NCBI GenBank assembly: GCA_010093815.1
Contig: ML996572.1
DNA from: Pseudovirgaria hyperparasitica
Taxonomy: Eukaryota
Strand: one strand, 5' to 3'
DNA: 64,000 nucleotides
Shown: piece after piece, positions 25,108 to 40,600 of the stretch
Numbering within the stretch: position 1 is the stretch's first letter
How the letters are laid out: each line of letters starts with the position of its first letter
Made by a program: the position numbers and the translations under genes
Notes under the pieces: generated by a model
The model's input: only the letters and a program-made list of their open reading frames with translations
The model's database searches: none
What the model was told of the DNA's origin: nothing

Positions 25108-28100
25108 TCAATCCCTCGTCAATCGCTCCAGCTTAATCCTAATTCCATCCGAGAATAACGTGGGAATTCCTTGGTCAAGAACATCAATACAGTGACTGAG
25201 CACGACGAAGGCATTATTCATGGCTACTGGGGAGCCATCTGTACTCGTCAACACTGGTGTGCCCTCCTTCTTGGTCGTATACTGGATTATTAAAGGGTGA
25301 TCAGCCGGCAGAGCGTCCACAGCAATATCGATGGACGGCTTGTTGGTAGAGAGGCGATTATTTGAGCGCAACCGTTCGGGCTGGCGAGACAAACTGCCGT
25401 TACTGGCGCCTAGATTGCCTTGCAGATCATTATTATCATTAAAGCTGGGACTGCTAGTCGAATCGTTGTGTCGCAAAGCATCGGTCCACAGAATCAACGC
25501 TACTCGATATATGGCCCCAGACCACCAGGGGGGGCGTATGCTCCGCGCCATATTCCGCACCAGGCGAAGGACTTGACCAGCATGGAATATAGCCTCTTCG
25601 ACATTCGTTATACAGCGCTTGTGTAGCCACAAGACCTGCTGATAAGTCCCGTCGAAGCCTTCGCGGCGTGCAAGCTTTTCGATTTCAGCAAAGTTGGTAA
25701 CCGCATTCAAGGATATGAGATGGAACATGATAAGATTGACTTGCATGATGGTGCATAGCCGGTTTCGATCCAGGTAAGACTTAGCGAGTTTGTACCACCT
25801 CTGGAGTAACGTCTGCACCTCTTTGAACTGGTCAAGCGTCGAGGTGGTAGCAGGGACATCTAGATGAAGCGGATCGGAACAACACATCGACAGCTGTGTG
25901 TAGCTACATACCGACGACTGGAGCGGATGTAAGAGGAGGCGAAGTTGTAGCGGCGTCAAAGCGAGACTCTGCGCAACAAGATCGTTGTCCAAGAATCGAC
26001 CTAAAAGCGTGCGAAGAGAGGAGGGTCTCGTGTGTGTATGGGCTCCTTTGGAACGCTCTAGCATGATAGTGGACCATTCCTGTGCTGATTTGGCGTGCCA
26101 AAGCTGGTCAGAATCGGGCATGGGAATTTCGAAATCGCTGACATTGAGTAGCGGAGCTGAATTATGAAAGAGAGCCAAGTCTTGGTCGACCATAACCCAC
26201 GAATAGATCAGACTATACGAAAGAATGGTCAGTGACGTTATCATCAATCGAGAAACCGTGTGCGTAAGTGATGAAGTACACCAAGCGGCACGCAACCAGT
26301 CCATATTGGAAAGGAAATGGATATCACTTACCGACTCCGACCCTCCTGCTTGACCCAATCCTTCCATGATTCCTCCAGCACCGTGCTCTGTAGGTTATGT
26401 GACAGCGCCTGGCTTTGTGTTGGGGCTTCACTGAGCATACCCGAGTGGCCCAGCATTGCAAGGTACATTCCTCGCCGGCTCATGGCAACGTCAGTCTGCC
26501 ACTTATCGCCGCTCCAAGCTGCTTGGATGATGAAAATTAATGCCGCGCGGAGAATAGTTAAATCGTTCGCAAGTGAGTTCGGTCTCATAGTGGCGTCAAA
26601 CAAAGAGATTCGGCAAATTTCAGCCATACTTCCGGTAAACGAACGGGACTCTGTTGATGGTGCGACCATAGCACCTTGTGCGAGCATCATGAGAACAAGA
26701 AGAATTCCTTCAATGTCATCGTAGCTGGAGATAAGGTCGTTGGCGTCCACCACTCCACACGGAGAAAGGGGAAAGAATGTTTCGATGCTGTTCGCATACG
26801 ACCGTAAGAAGCATTCGAGAACCCTTGCAGGTGGAAGAAGTATGAAGTTCGATGGCAAATGGTATGGCATTGATGACATCTCCGCGATAGGACCGCTGAA
26901 ACCATTTCTATGTGTTTCAAATGCTTTGTGAAGGAAGGCCTGGGTAATGGCAAGAAGCTTATCTCTGGTGCTTTCGTGCAATGGAACGATTACAATTCGA
27001 TCGTCACTTGCAGCGCCTTCCTCATCCCATGCTGGTTGCCAGTTGCTCCATACTTCGTGATTTTGGAGACTCGCTGAAAGGCGATTTAAACTTGCCTGTA
27101 GCGTTTTGGGTACCGCATGTGATGGCAAAGGCGGTGTGTAACGACACATTGTCCATTCAAGGTCTTGAGCTGGGCCGACTGGTGTAAAGCCCGAAACACC
27201 AGAGTCATATGAGTCGCAGACAGATGGCTGTCGTGGGGAAGGAATTGGACGTGAGGCGAAGAAGACCGAATGTGCAGTATTCGTACTACAAGACATATCG
27301 ATATCTGACGCAAACGAATGTTCCATACGCGGCGTATGAAGCGGTGTAGGTATGGCATGAGAGAAGTGGGGATTGACATCGAGCATTTCATCAGTGGTTT
27401 CCGTATTCAGGAAGTTTATGCCAAAGTCCATATCTCCTGGATTCATCAGTTCTGATGTGTAGGCTCCATTCATCTGCAGTTGTGACCAGTCCATGAAAAA
27501 AGCCGAACTATTTGAACGATCAGGATTGCTACCCGATGATCCTGCTTGTAAGAGACTACCATCATAGCGATTTTCGTTGCCGAAGTCGTTAGGTTCCGGT
27601 GCAGGAGACAGCAGCTCGGATACCATGATTTCGTGTGAAGATGTGGCTGGTGCATGATCCCCAAACATTGTCTGCCCACTCAAGGCCCTTTGTGAATCCC
27701 GTACCGACAACTTTTCGTGTGCTAAAGTCTTTTTGGAGGTATCTTGTTGTTCCTGATTCTCACATCGTGTTGGTGAGCTCGAGCTGGATCGGTCTTGTGG
27801 ACTTAACCCCTCCGTGGCTGCTTTGCCGCAAGTAGATATTTCCTTTTGATGCGTCTCCACTTGAACTGCTGTTTGCTTTGATGCTCTGCGATTTGGTCGC
27901 ATCTCACATACTTGATTACGGCTTTTACAGCGACTACATGGAAACTTATTGTCACACTTCGTCTTTGTCTTTGCGCAATTGGTGCATGCCTTAGGTGTTC
28001 TCCCTGCTGACTTCACGATCATTCCGTTGTTGGGTGGTAAGACTTCTTGATTGTTATGGTCTTTGCCGTGGACTGTATAATGACGTTGAAGGAGATCCCT

Positions 28101-28331
28101 GGATATGGTCAGCCAGTACCTAGCATAGATTCCGTCCGTTATGGTACCTCCGGGCGAAGGACATGTGGCAATAGCAACATTTGTATGGCTTGATCTCGCT
28201 ATCTAGTGTTTTAACGATCAGCAAGGGACACCGAAGAGTTCGATGTACTGGAGATGCATACGAGTAAGAATATGCCTCTCGAGATGCTCGTCTCTTGTGA
28301 AAGGCTTGCCACAGTAAGTACACCAACGCAT
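25108..28331 (-). CDS. CMR1: Melanin regulator Cmr1/Pig1/Amr1-type (two C2H2 fingers + Zn2Cys6)
   Basis: MRWCTYCGKPFTRDEHLERHILTH, CCYCHMSFARRDLLQRHYTVH, CTNCAKTKTKCDNKFPCSRC; exons 28331-28262, 28202-28148, 28098-26332, 26212-25108; position between reductase and PKS. Confidence 0.92.
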
Positions 28332-31300
28332 TATTGTGGACACGTCGATAGTAAAGAACAGATTATTTGAAAAGGGCAGAGTTTGTGTCGTTTCGTGCGT
28401 CTTGATGGCCTGGCCCTGATGAGTTCGACCGAGTTTGAAAGTAGATAGGTAGCGAATAACATCTAATGGTGCAAACATACACATGATTTGTCAAAGCCAT
28501 TGCGGAAATGGTAATGGCGATCAATCTTCGCCGTTCTCTGCATTAGGATATTACATTAAGGAACGAACTCGGAAGGAAAGCCGTCGAAGGAGATGTCGAT
28601 CGTGTAATCTGCGAAAGGTCCGTATGCATTAGTCTATGCACTCTTGGATCGCATGACTAGTGCATTTCTGCCTGCTTGTTGGCATATTATGGGTATATAT
28701 GGAACCAAAGATTACGTTCAACGTCCTAGCACAGCAAGAAACCAGAAAATCAAGAGCTGTTGCATGGTCCTTCTCCAGGTAGTTCGCTAGGGCCCGTTCC
28801 TCCCGACGCCATCCTGGACTCCTGGGAAGAAGCTCTAAGGATATGATGGTGTCCGGTTTATGTGGGTCTACCTCTTACATTGGGTCCGAGGTACTGTCAC
28901 CCGCGTTAATATTAGTATGAGCACCTCTTCCTTAGGGATGAACGAATCCAGCATGCATCTCTGGTCCGAGAAAGCAGATTCGTGGGTCACGGTACCTCCA
29001 AGCTCTGCAACGATGTGGCTGTGTTTTGGTGGAATCCACCTTCTGTTCTAGAGGGTGTGATATCGCTTACCTGCATACATCACTAAGTGCTGACCTCGAA
29101 GGCTCATCCGGTGGCCAGACCTGTCTAAGGCAATCACAGATATGGTCGCTGGGACAAGCAAGAATAGTCTATTTGTGCCGGCTCAAGAAGGCGATAGACT
29201 CACTGTACGGGCTCATCGGTGCTGTAGGCGAGGTTCTCGTTCTTCCAACAAACAAACGTGGGATAGTGGCAGGATTCTCTCCACTCCTCTGAGCTTCATT
29301 CAGTTCTCCGTCGATATTCATCAAGAACACTAGATGGTTTGAGACCGGGACCACGATAACTTCTCTGTACAATATAGCAGGATATCAAAATCTGCCATCC
29401 AGTACCACTTTGTAGATACTTTGTGACATATTGTGGCTTATTCACATACGGTATATGCAGAAGGGTTAGCACGCACATGATGGTACGGCGGACTTGCTGT
29501 CCTTTATTCCTGATTAGGCTAGGTCTCTGATCCCTTGATCACGCATGCCTTTCCTGCTCCACATAAGCATCAGCCTTATCAAGGACGCAAACCACTTCGC
29601 CTCTCTACCACGTTTAAAGCGTGGCGCACACGAGCTCTTGACGCTACACGACCTGAAGTCGTGGTACTCGTTATCACGCCCATTTTCGCGTCGACTAGAT
29701 GTATGGATCTCCATACGGTACTGAATTTGCTTGAATCACTCGCGTCGCTGCAGCCTTTTTGTCGCATTCGTGTCAAATCTCTACCAGCACCTCCCTTGGA
29801 ATTGTCCAAGCAATATGTGGTATGTATCAGAGGTATTGATCAAGACGTCTCCAAGGCATGAATGAGGCTTGCTATAACCTCTCGAAACAGAGTACCTATA
29901 GTAGGTCAACCATGATTCCATTTGATCTTGCCTGTGTTGCTTCTTTGTTCTAGTCATTCGCATATCGAAGCGTGGTAAGACCTGTTTACATGACTGAGTA
30001 GTGTGGAACACTGTACTCTGTCATTCAGCTACGTGCACGCTCTAGGTTGTGCTCAGCATTACCTGGAATATCGTCTTCGACTTGGGAGAAGAGCGAAGCA
30101 CCGATTCTTGGCATAATTGAGTTTCTCACCGCTGTTTCCGAATGCACAGTCCTGAGGCCAAGAAAGCCATAGAACTATTCTATGTTACACCTAAATGTGA
30201 GAAGGGTTCCAGGATCTCCTGCTACCCAATTCTCGTCATATTAAAAACAACGAACTTGTTACCAGCAAGTGTCCAGGTACAACTGTTTTCGCGTTCAGGT
30301 TGTGTGAAGTTGCGATATGGTTGGTTGGTAGCATTGAAGTACTCATGACCTTGTCACGATGCACAAACACTGACTTTGTAAGCTGGTTAGGAGACTAACA
30401 TACTTTGCCAATCAGATATGGACCTCGGGTTTCGTATTGACCTACTCGTAAAGAGAAGAGTGTCCACAGAATTTACGCGTCTGCGGAGCACTTGAGACTA
30501 CCGCACTTGTTCACTTCTTACAGGTTTCCCTGCACGACCTGTTGCCTTTGCATGTCCCATTTCTAAGCTTCGGTACTGTCAGGTAGCTGTGGTGTTAGAC
30601 GCGCGTGGTTGTGTTACTCAATGACATAGTCGGTCTGCCAGATAGAGAGACAACCCGCAGCTATCATATATCATAACTCGCGCAACCTGAGTGTGAACGT
30701 AGGAGTCAACAAGGATAGTATACATAAATTGTCGTGCGCTCATGGTCTCCATACCAAAGCATGAATTTGGCCATACCATATGGCGTATGCTTATGTGCAA
30801 GATTCTAGAGGACTGCAAGATATGGCCATTGGAAGTCAATAATAGGGCGCGCTATTAACGAGACGTGCAGAAGCACTGTTTCCGGTGCCCGTTCCTGAAT
30901 ATCCAGTACCTTGTACATTTATTTTGAGCACCGTAACACAAACCTACAGGGATGCGGAGCCGAGACTATCATGCACATCTACAACAGAGCCGCATCAGAT
31001 GAATGTTACCCACATTGCCGAAGTATTGGCACGAAAACACTTTTCTCGCTCGGGTTATGAATGTCTGATATGGTCAATCGAGACTTCCATATCATTCATC
31101 ATGCACGTCACACAGAGTACTGTACCCCTCACCCAATCCCTCGGAAACCTCATACTATGTCTGGGCTCAACGTCTTTATCTGCATGTATTGCATCACCAC
31201 TTATAGACCACACCCATGTTCCGTATTTGTTTCAGGTCTGACCATGGACAGTGGGGTCGAGATGACTTAATTCTGTTATGGTGCATGGATGGTCAGGCTT

Positions 31301-34300
31301 CACTATTCTAATTTCCACCTCGATGTAATTTTGTTGCCATATGCCACCATAAGCGATGCACGCAACATTTAATGGTATGTACGTCACTGTACGTCCTTAG
31401 GCACGTCAAACTCTCCTATCCTGGTCGCGTACTCTTCGATATTTTGGAAGCAACAATGCGACCGACTGTCGATGTCGAACCTCGCTATCATATCTTGCTC
31501 GATGTATGGCTCCGGCGTATGTCTCAGTCGCTTGTTCACAACGTCCATCTGGAAGCGCTCGCGTGTTTGAGAGATATTGCAGCTTACGTTCCTTTTGCAG
31601 CTCGATATACTACTACAGACCATGTATACATGCCAAGACGATCCCATACTCGTGAATCTGAACTAGACACATAGGGTTCAGTAGAAAACTGTCAAAACGC
31701 AGCACTCAGGGTACCATGGAACACTAGTGCTGAGTAGGTATTCAAGTCGACTCGTCGAACTCGAGGACGTCTAGCAACTTTGGTAGTCAATGGAAGTCCG
31801 CTCGCCTCAATTTGCAGGAATGGCTGACAAGTATTGCTTCTCAGGTGGTCTCAAGGTACCTGTTATCCGATTTGATATAAAGACCGGATATTTCTTAGAC
31901 TTCGATACGTCAGACACGAAAACGTGAGAGCGCCAGGCCACGAACATTCCCCATACTGGTCGACAAGACTTCCCTATCGTGCTTGCCTCAGAATGTCATT
32001 TGTGCGTTGACGAGGACAAGCCACGTTCAAGTTAAACGGATCTGGCTCTTAGTTATCCATGTATCTCGTCATGACATCATCCATTGTTACGTTTCCACAG
32101 TACCATGCGGTAAATTCATGCTAGAAGCAATATTGGCATCAGGAAGTACCAAATGGCTGCCAAAACGCTCCGAACTTCATACACATTGCAGATAATCTTA
32201 ATATGGTGTCCATGCGCTAGAGGCGTTGGCTTAGTGTACGTCATGATCTTGAATACACTTTGATGCACAGCGAGCGGTGAAATGTGTCAAAGCGACATTG
32301 CCCCCGTGAGTAAGGCCTATTTGTAACCTGCAACAAGTAGCTATACAGCGGTAGACCATAGCCGAGGGGATTATCATGGCCCTCAAGTGTTTGTTGTACG
32401 AATCTATACTTGCGATGAGAAGGCACGAGGTTCCTTGGCTTTCGGGTAATCATGTATCCGCTGTGTCTTTCCAAAGTAGCCAGTACCGCAACACGTTGTA
32501 TCTTCCGAGTGTCAAGGGATATTTATAGAGTGTAGTAGCTAATGATGATCGACAAGCCCTATAGCCTCCCTACAATCAGATTGACGAGTCGCCGATTTGG
32601 CTACAAAGAAGAGCCATACGTCGGAGGATAAGGCATGTTCGATGAATTGCATTTGACAAAGGCAATGGTCTGATGCATATCTCGCCCAAGAGAGGAAAGA
32701 TCAATGCTGCCTGAGATTGAGCCCACTCGCCAGGGTTGCTACTTTTGCCTTGGTTGTTGGTTCTTCGTTAGGGTAACTTGGTTAGTAAGCACGACTTCAA
32801 TCCAGATGCGGGATGGATTCATGAAGTTCCAACCTCCACCGACTGAACGCTTGCCCTTCACAACCTAGCTTTCACCTGCATACATGGGATCATTCTTCAC
32901 CCCTTCGGACATATTCCCCACATGACAGGCTTTGTTACTTGTACCGGTAGTCGTTGCGATGAGTCGAGACCTACAGCCATGGAAAGCCACAGACGAAAGG
33001 CTGTGCCCATTCCCTGCTCACGCGCAAGTGCTTACGCTGTAGGACTATCTCGGATACGGCTCCGGATAAGCAAGACCTACGGCACGCTTGTAGGCATTGC
33101 TTACAGCGAAGTAAGACCACTGGAACGCGATGACATTGCCGTTTACGGCTACCAGATTATGATGCTATGGTGGTCATTCCTACTGGCGCAGCACTGTTGC
33201 TTTACGAGACACCCGGAAGCTTGTGACGATCACCAATACTAAAATCAGATCCACTGTGAAGCACTGTCAGTTTCAATATGGAAGTTCGCGGCCATGCTAT
33301 GCATGCTTCCTGCACCCGCAGAAAGTTTCCGCCTGCTCGGGACCCGCATGATTTTTGTGGTCATGAGCCCTGGGCTATTCAAGAGCAGTGAAACAAGAAA
33401 CGTGCTATAGACTAAGCCTCGACAGTGGTCCACAGGGTTATGGATAAACATCTCCAACCACCCTACAGAGAAACGCCATTAAGCTACGCCAGCATTCATT
33501 GCACCGTCATTCCATAGAAATTGATTGCCACGCTATGAGGATTTCACGAGCCATAGTTAAAGCAGCATTACAAATTTCCGCCTTATGGACTTCTGAAACC
33601 GGTAGACATCAGTCCCCAGCGTTATTTATGTGTGGCAATCCAGAACGGGAAACAAACACTCCGAGCTGTCGTAATTGATGCGAACGTAAGGTCGTATACG
33701 AACCTTGTCGATTTCAAAGCAGTGTGGTCCAACGGTCCAAATTGAGCGGGAATACTCGAAGTTGAACCCGAAAGTATTCACATATGTCAAGAGAATGACT
33801 TGATTCTCTGGAATAATCCTTGTTGATACACTGATAAGCGCGATTTGCGTTGTCACGCAATACCTGATAACATAACCAGTAGTATTAATCTTCGTTTGTA
33901 GTGTTCGGACATTGATCAAACCACCCGCCGGCCTTGAGGGGACCCGGCCCCCTATTCCGGCCTTTCGAGACCACGCCTCGTTCTTGCGCTTCAATATACC
34001 AGATTTGCTCCCGTCTTGATGGATTGGTTGAGAAATGCCCGGCTATAGTACGATATGTGCCCTGGGCGCATTCACAGCATTATCCCGCCTGATCAATTCC
34101 GAAATGGGTACCGGATTCACCTTTGCCGCAGCCCCACTACATCTAGTGTTCTCTCGGGTCGTATCATGCCTCGATCTACCTTTATCTTCTGTGGCTTGTC
34201 GCTGAAATCGCCAGCCACACTAAGTTATTAATATAGATGTGTCTGCGTGGCCACTCGATCCTTACACAAGTTCACTCCTACACGAATTTCCGAACCACTA

Positions 34301-34622
34301 GCGGTTCACACAAGAAGCCGAAATTCCCCAAGGCTTCCCTTCCCTTATATCTTTCAGGAGTGGACGTGCAAGATTTCTGTTTTATCTTTACCAGTGGTGG
34401 TTTCTTAGCCTCTCACATATAATATCCATCATCTTCCCTACCACTGTTCCCTGGCCCATCAGAGAGAGCCCTATACATACTCTTTGACCAGACACTCTCC
34501 CTACATCTAATTAATTAGTCAACAAGGGCGTACCCGGTCAACTGGCAGTCCGATCTGCCTTTTGGTACGTGGTCAACATACCCTGAGGACTTCCCGAGTC
34601 GAGACCGCTGCGGCCCATCATC

Positions 34623-37600
34623 ATGAACATCATTCTTTTTGGCGATCAAACGGCGGACCAGTACTCTTTACTACGCAGAATATGTTCCAAGCGCGATAAT
34701 GCATTACTGTCTTCCTTTTTAGAGCGGGTGGCCGTTGTTTTGAGGGAAGAGGCCCACATATTACCACGTTGGCAGCGTTGCCTGATCCCAGATTTCTTGA
34801 CAGTGGGTCACCTGGTGGAAGCCTACTACGAGAATGGGATGAAGATACCACAGTTAGAGAGCTGTATGGTGACTATATCGCAGCTCGGTCACTATATTGG
34901 GTAAGTTACGTACGTACGCATTGGTATCATTCGCTAACTTCACAGGTACTATGGGGAACACCCGACAGAGCTTCCGACTGCTACAAACAGGAGGATACTG
35001 GGTCTCTGCACCGGTCTCTTTGCTGCCGTTGCTGTGGCTTCTGCACCAGCATTGAGTGATCTTCTTCCTCTCGCTGTAGAGGCTGTCCGTATCGCTTTTC
35101 GCACAGGCACGTGCGTTTCGACGGTGAAGAACGCTCTTGAGCAGAACTCGGAGACCCGCGAGAGCTGGTCGACCATCGTTGCTGGCATCTCGGAAAGCAA
35201 TGCGCGCAAAGCAATCTCTGATTTCCATGGCCGCAACAGCGTATCAGCGTCTAATCAGGCTTACATCAGTGCTGTCAGCACCATGGCCATGACAATCAGT
35301 GGTCCGCCTTCGATTCGAAAACGCTTGTTCGAGGAGTCTGAAGCTTTCAGCAAGACTAACCGTGTCAATATACCCGTTTACGCCCCTTATCATGCATCTC
35401 ATTTGTATAGCTCGACAGACGTTTTAAAGATACTGGATTGCCCAGGCCGGCAAACTCTGCAAAAGTCGCGCCCACATTCGCTATTCCATTCGGCAGCAAC
35501 CGGAATCTGCCATAGTACCTCAAATACGATGGAGCTTATGGAGATAGCACTTACTGAGGTGCTTAGAGAACCGGTACGATGGGACCATCTCCTCCAGGAA
35601 GTCGTTTCGGAAGCCATTTCGACAGGGTCCCAAGAATGTTCTCTCTTCGCTGTCGGTATGACGAATATCACCAACAGCCTCGCCTCAGCCCTCAAAGCAG
35701 GAGGAATTCCGACCGTCACTGTGGTGGATCATTTGAATTGGACCAGTGCCGAACATTCACACGGACGCACACAGAACGACAAAATTGCTATTGTGGGAAT
35801 GGCCGGACGGTTTCCAAATGCTGCTTCTCACGAACAGCTGTGGGAGTTACTTGAGAAGGGATTGGATGTCCATCGAGAAATTCCATCAGATCGATTTGAC
35901 GCCCAGGCGCATTATGACCCGTCCGGTAAAGGCAAGAACAAAAGTCACACGAAATTCGGTTGCTTTATTGATGAGCCTGGCCTTTTTGACCCGCGGTTTT
36001 TCAATATGTCTCCCCGAGAGGCGGCGCAGACCGATCCTATGGGTCGCCTCGCCCTCACAACAGCCTATGAGGCTCTGGAGATGTCGGGCTATGTCCCAAA
36101 TCGTACCCCCTCGACCAAAGTACATCGTATCGGCACATTCTACGGACAGACGTCCGATGACTGGCGTGAAATCAACGCGTCTGAGAATGTCGACACTTAC
36201 TTCATTACTGGCGGCGTGCGTGCTTTTGCCCCTGGCCGCATTAACTACTACTTCAAATTTAGTGGTCCATCGTACAGTGTTGATACAGCCTGTTCAAGTA
36301 GTCTGGCCGCTATCCAGCTCGCTTGTACATCCCTCTGGGCCGGTGATTGTGATACCGCCTGTGCAGGTGGACTGAACGTTTTGACAAACCCAGATATTTT
36401 CTCTGGCCTTAGCAAAGGACAGTTTTTGTCGAAGACTGGAAGTTGTAAAACGTATGATAACGATGCTGACGGATATTGTCGCGGAGATGGCTGTGGAACG
36501 GTCATCTTGAAGCGTTACGAGGACGCTGTTGCGGACAAAGACAATATCCTTGGTTGCATTCTAGGCGCAGCCACCAACCATTCTGCGGAGGCAGTGTCTA
36601 TTACACATCCTCACGCTGGAGCCCAGGAGTTTCTGTACAAGAGGGTCCTTGCAAATGCCGGTGTTGATGCCCACGAAATTTCTTATGTCGAAATGCACGG
36701 GACTGGTACGCAGGCTGGTGATGGTATCGAGATGACGTCCGTCACCAACGCATTCGCTCCGAGGCACCGACAACGTCTCCCACATGAGACGCTCCATCTA
36801 GGTGCCATCAAAGCGAACATCGGACACGGCGAAGCTGCGTCAGGCATCAACTCACTCATCAAAGTCATGATGATGTTCCAGAAGAACGTCATACCAGCCA
36901 ACGTCGGCATCAAGGGAGTCATGAACAAGACCTTTCCGAAGGACCTGCTCCAGAGGAACGTTCATATCGAAACGAAACAGGTAGCGTTCCCTCGACATGG
37001 TGCTGAGAAGCGGAAGATTTTCTTGAACAACTTCAGCGCCGCAGGTGGCAACACAGCGATAGTTCTCGAAGATGGTCCACTTCAGAAGGCCCCCACTGTA
37101 GACGACCCAAGATCATCACACGTGGTTACCGTGACGGCAAGGTCGATCGCATCACTCAAAAGAAACATCGAGAACTTGACGAAGTACCTGGTGGACAATC
37201 CGACAACAACACTGCCTAGCTTGTCCTACACGACGACTGCTCGGCGAATCCAACATAATTATCGTGTCGCCTTCACTTCGTCTGCTATCACCACAGCGCA
37301 AGACAACTTGAGAGCGCAGCTCAAAGACTCATACAGTCCTGCCGCTATGGCACCTACGAAGGTTGCATTCACTTTCACTGGACAAGGTTCACAATATACC
37401 GCAATGGGTCAAAAGTTATACAAAGACCTTCCATCGTACAGGGCCGAGATTGACCAGCTTGACGGCCTCGCACGTCTCCAGGGCTTCCCTTCGTTCCTAC
37501 CGTTAATCGATGGGGCTGACGTGAAAACACTCTCACCGGTTGTTGTTCAGCTCGGGATGGCATGCGTGCAAGTTGCCATAGCACGTATGTGGTCTGCCTG

Positions 37601-40600
37601 GGGTGTATCTCCGGTCGTAGTGGTTGGTCACAGCTTAGGAGAGTACGCCGCTCTCCATGTTGCAGGCGTACTTTCTGTAAGCGACATGATATTCCTCGTG
37701 GGACGGCGTGCGCAACTCCTCGAGTCGGACTGCACTGCCAACACTCACGGAATGCTTGCTGTAAAGGCGAACATCGATACGCTATCCAATACTCTTGGCT
37801 CCGACATGATTGAGGTTGCATGTGTCAATGGTCCCGAGGAGACTGTTCTTTGTGGTACGATCGCTGTCATCGAGTCAACCAGCAGCATCCTGACCACGCG
37901 AGGGATCAAGTCGACCAAGTTGAATGTCTCATTCGCGTTTCATTCTTCTCAAGTTGACCCTATCTTGGCCGCGTTCAAGCAAGCCGCATCCTCCGTTGTC
38001 TTCAACAAGCCATCCATTCCGCTGCTGTCGCCACTGACGGGGAGCGTTATCCGTGAGGCCGGTACTGTCTGTCCAGAATATCTCGTTCGCCACGCTCGCG
38101 AGACTGTCAATATGTGGGCAGCGCTAGACGAAGGCAGTAATGTGAAGCTGGTAGATGAGAAGACGGCCTGGTTGGAGATCGGCGCCCACCCAGTATGCAG
38201 TGGAATGGTCAAGAGCTCCTTGGGTGGATCACCAGTTGCTGCTGCCTCATTGCGCCGGAACGAAGACCCTTGGAACACTATTGCCAATAGCATTGCCACC
38301 TTATTCTTAGCTGGCGTGCCTTTTGACTTCAACGAATATCACCGGGAGTTTAACGACGCACATCAGCTCCTGACTTTACCAACTTACTCTTTTGACCAGA
38401 AAAAGTACTGGCTGGACTACCATAACAATTGGACCTTGACGAAGGGTGAGAGTCTGAAGAGCATCGACCTAAAACCGGCACCCATCGTTGAGACCAAGTC
38501 GAAACTTTCTACCACATCATGCCAACGCATTGTACACGAGGAGCTTCACGCCAACACCGGAACCGTTGTTATTCAGTCAGACTTGGCAGAGCCAAAGCTT
38601 CACAAGGCTGTCAGTGGTCACCTTGTCAACGACTCTGCGCTTTGCCCGTCATCATTATACGCTGATATGGGATTGACTGTGGCAGACTATCTATACAAGC
38701 AACTCAGACCTGGGGCTCCCGAAGTAGCGTACAATCTCTGTAAGATGGAAGTTCCGAAACCGTTGATTGCCACACTCCCACCTCCACCAGAAGGCCAGCA
38801 TATCCAGCTAGAAGCAACAGCTGATCTTGAGCTGAGACAAGTTCAGCTGAAGTTCCGGAGTGTCACGCCACATGGCAAAGTACTCGTCGAACACGCACAT
38901 GCAACAGTGCGTTACGAGGACCCCGAGAATTGGCGAGACGAGTGGCGGAGGACTCAATACATGGTTCAGACCCAGATCGACATTCTCCATCAAAAGCTTC
39001 AATCTGGTGGCGCCTCCAAGATCTTGCGGGGTATGGCATATAAGCTATTTAAGGCTCTTGTTGACTACCAACCAGCCTATCAGGGGATGGAGGAAGTCAT
39101 TCTCGATGGAAAAGAGACGGAAGCCACTGCTTCTATCCGATTCCAAACTACGCCTGATGATGGAACCTTTTACTGCTCACCGTACTGGATCGACTCCCTG
39201 GCTCATATCTCCGGCTTCATTGTTAATGCGTCTGATGTAGTGAATTCTGCAGACAGCGTATACATTTCCCACGGTTGGAAGGAGGTTAAGATCTCTAAAC
39301 CTCTTTCGGCGGACAAGCAATACCGCTCCTATGTTCGCATGCAGCCCGCTCCGGGTAACGTTAGAGTCGGAGACGTCTACATACTAGAAGGTAAAGATAT
39401 CATTGGCATGGTCACCGGACTTAAATTCCAGGAGATACCGCGACGTGTGCTGAACATCATGATGCCGCCTGCGAAAAAGGCTATTGGACGGCCAACGCCT
39501 GCTCCCATCGAAGCCCCTGTCTCTGCAGTGACGATTCCAAAAATCACTACCAAGCAAATCATCAAACAAAGACCAAACCAGGAGAAGAGGCAGCAAGCAA
39601 AGAATGTCAAAGCGGTTGTTGCTAAGCAAGCCGGATCAATAATCAGTAGCCGGGTCATGAGTATCATCTCAGAAGAGACCGACGTGGACATGTCCGAACT
39701 CGTAGATGATGCCGCTTTTGAGAACCTTGGTGTCGACTCTCTCATGTCTCTGACTATTTCTGCCAAGTTTAGAGAGGATCTCAACATGGACATTAGTTCC
39801 ACACTCTTCACTGATTATCCCACAGTCGGAGCCATGAAACAATTCTTCGCACAATTCGATGGTGGTGTACCGCTACCAGAGCAGTCTGACTCCGAAGATG
39901 ATGATAGTGTACCTTCCGACAATCTAGAGACCCCCTGTGATGACGGGCTGTCGGAAACGCCGCCAAGCTCAGTCCCGAGCTCGGTCGCCAGCGATGCCGG
40001 GAAAGATATTCAAGGGAAGGGTGAAGCTATCCACCTTGAAGTCAATGTGAATCCTGCAGGTCTACCAAGTCTTGCCCGCAAGATCGTCGCAGAAGAGATG
40101 GGCGTGTCAGTGTCCGAAATCTCTGACAAGGCCGATCTTTCAGAGATGGGTATGGACTCTCTCATGAGCTTGACAATCCTGAGCTCCCTTCGCGAGCATA
40201 CTGGGCAAGAGATACCTTCAGAGTTTCTTGTGGCAAATACAACCATAGAGGACATAGAGAATGCTCTGGGTTTGAGACCGAAGGCTATCGCTGAAGTTCG
40301 CCTCACTTCTACCAAACCCCACGTCAAGCCAAAGAGGCCGTCCCTCGCCGTCGTTAACAAGAAGCTTCAAGTCCGTAATATCGCGATGTATCCCCCTGCG
40401 ACATCTGTGCTTCTACAAGGAAATGCTAAGATAGCAACGAAAAAGCTCTTCCTGCTTCCTGACGGCTCCGGTTCCGCCACTTCATATGTCTCAATACCCA
40501 AGATCTCTCCCGATGTCGCTGTTTATGGTCTGAATTGTCCTTTCATGAAGACCCCAACAGACTTTACCTGCGGTATAGAGACAGTGGCGGCTATCTATGT

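Noticed and set aside
28860..34422. Many 60-120 aa ORFs in the CMR1-PKS spacer
   Set aside because: No recognisable motifs, non-protein-like composition, many non-ATG starts; consistent with chance ORFs.
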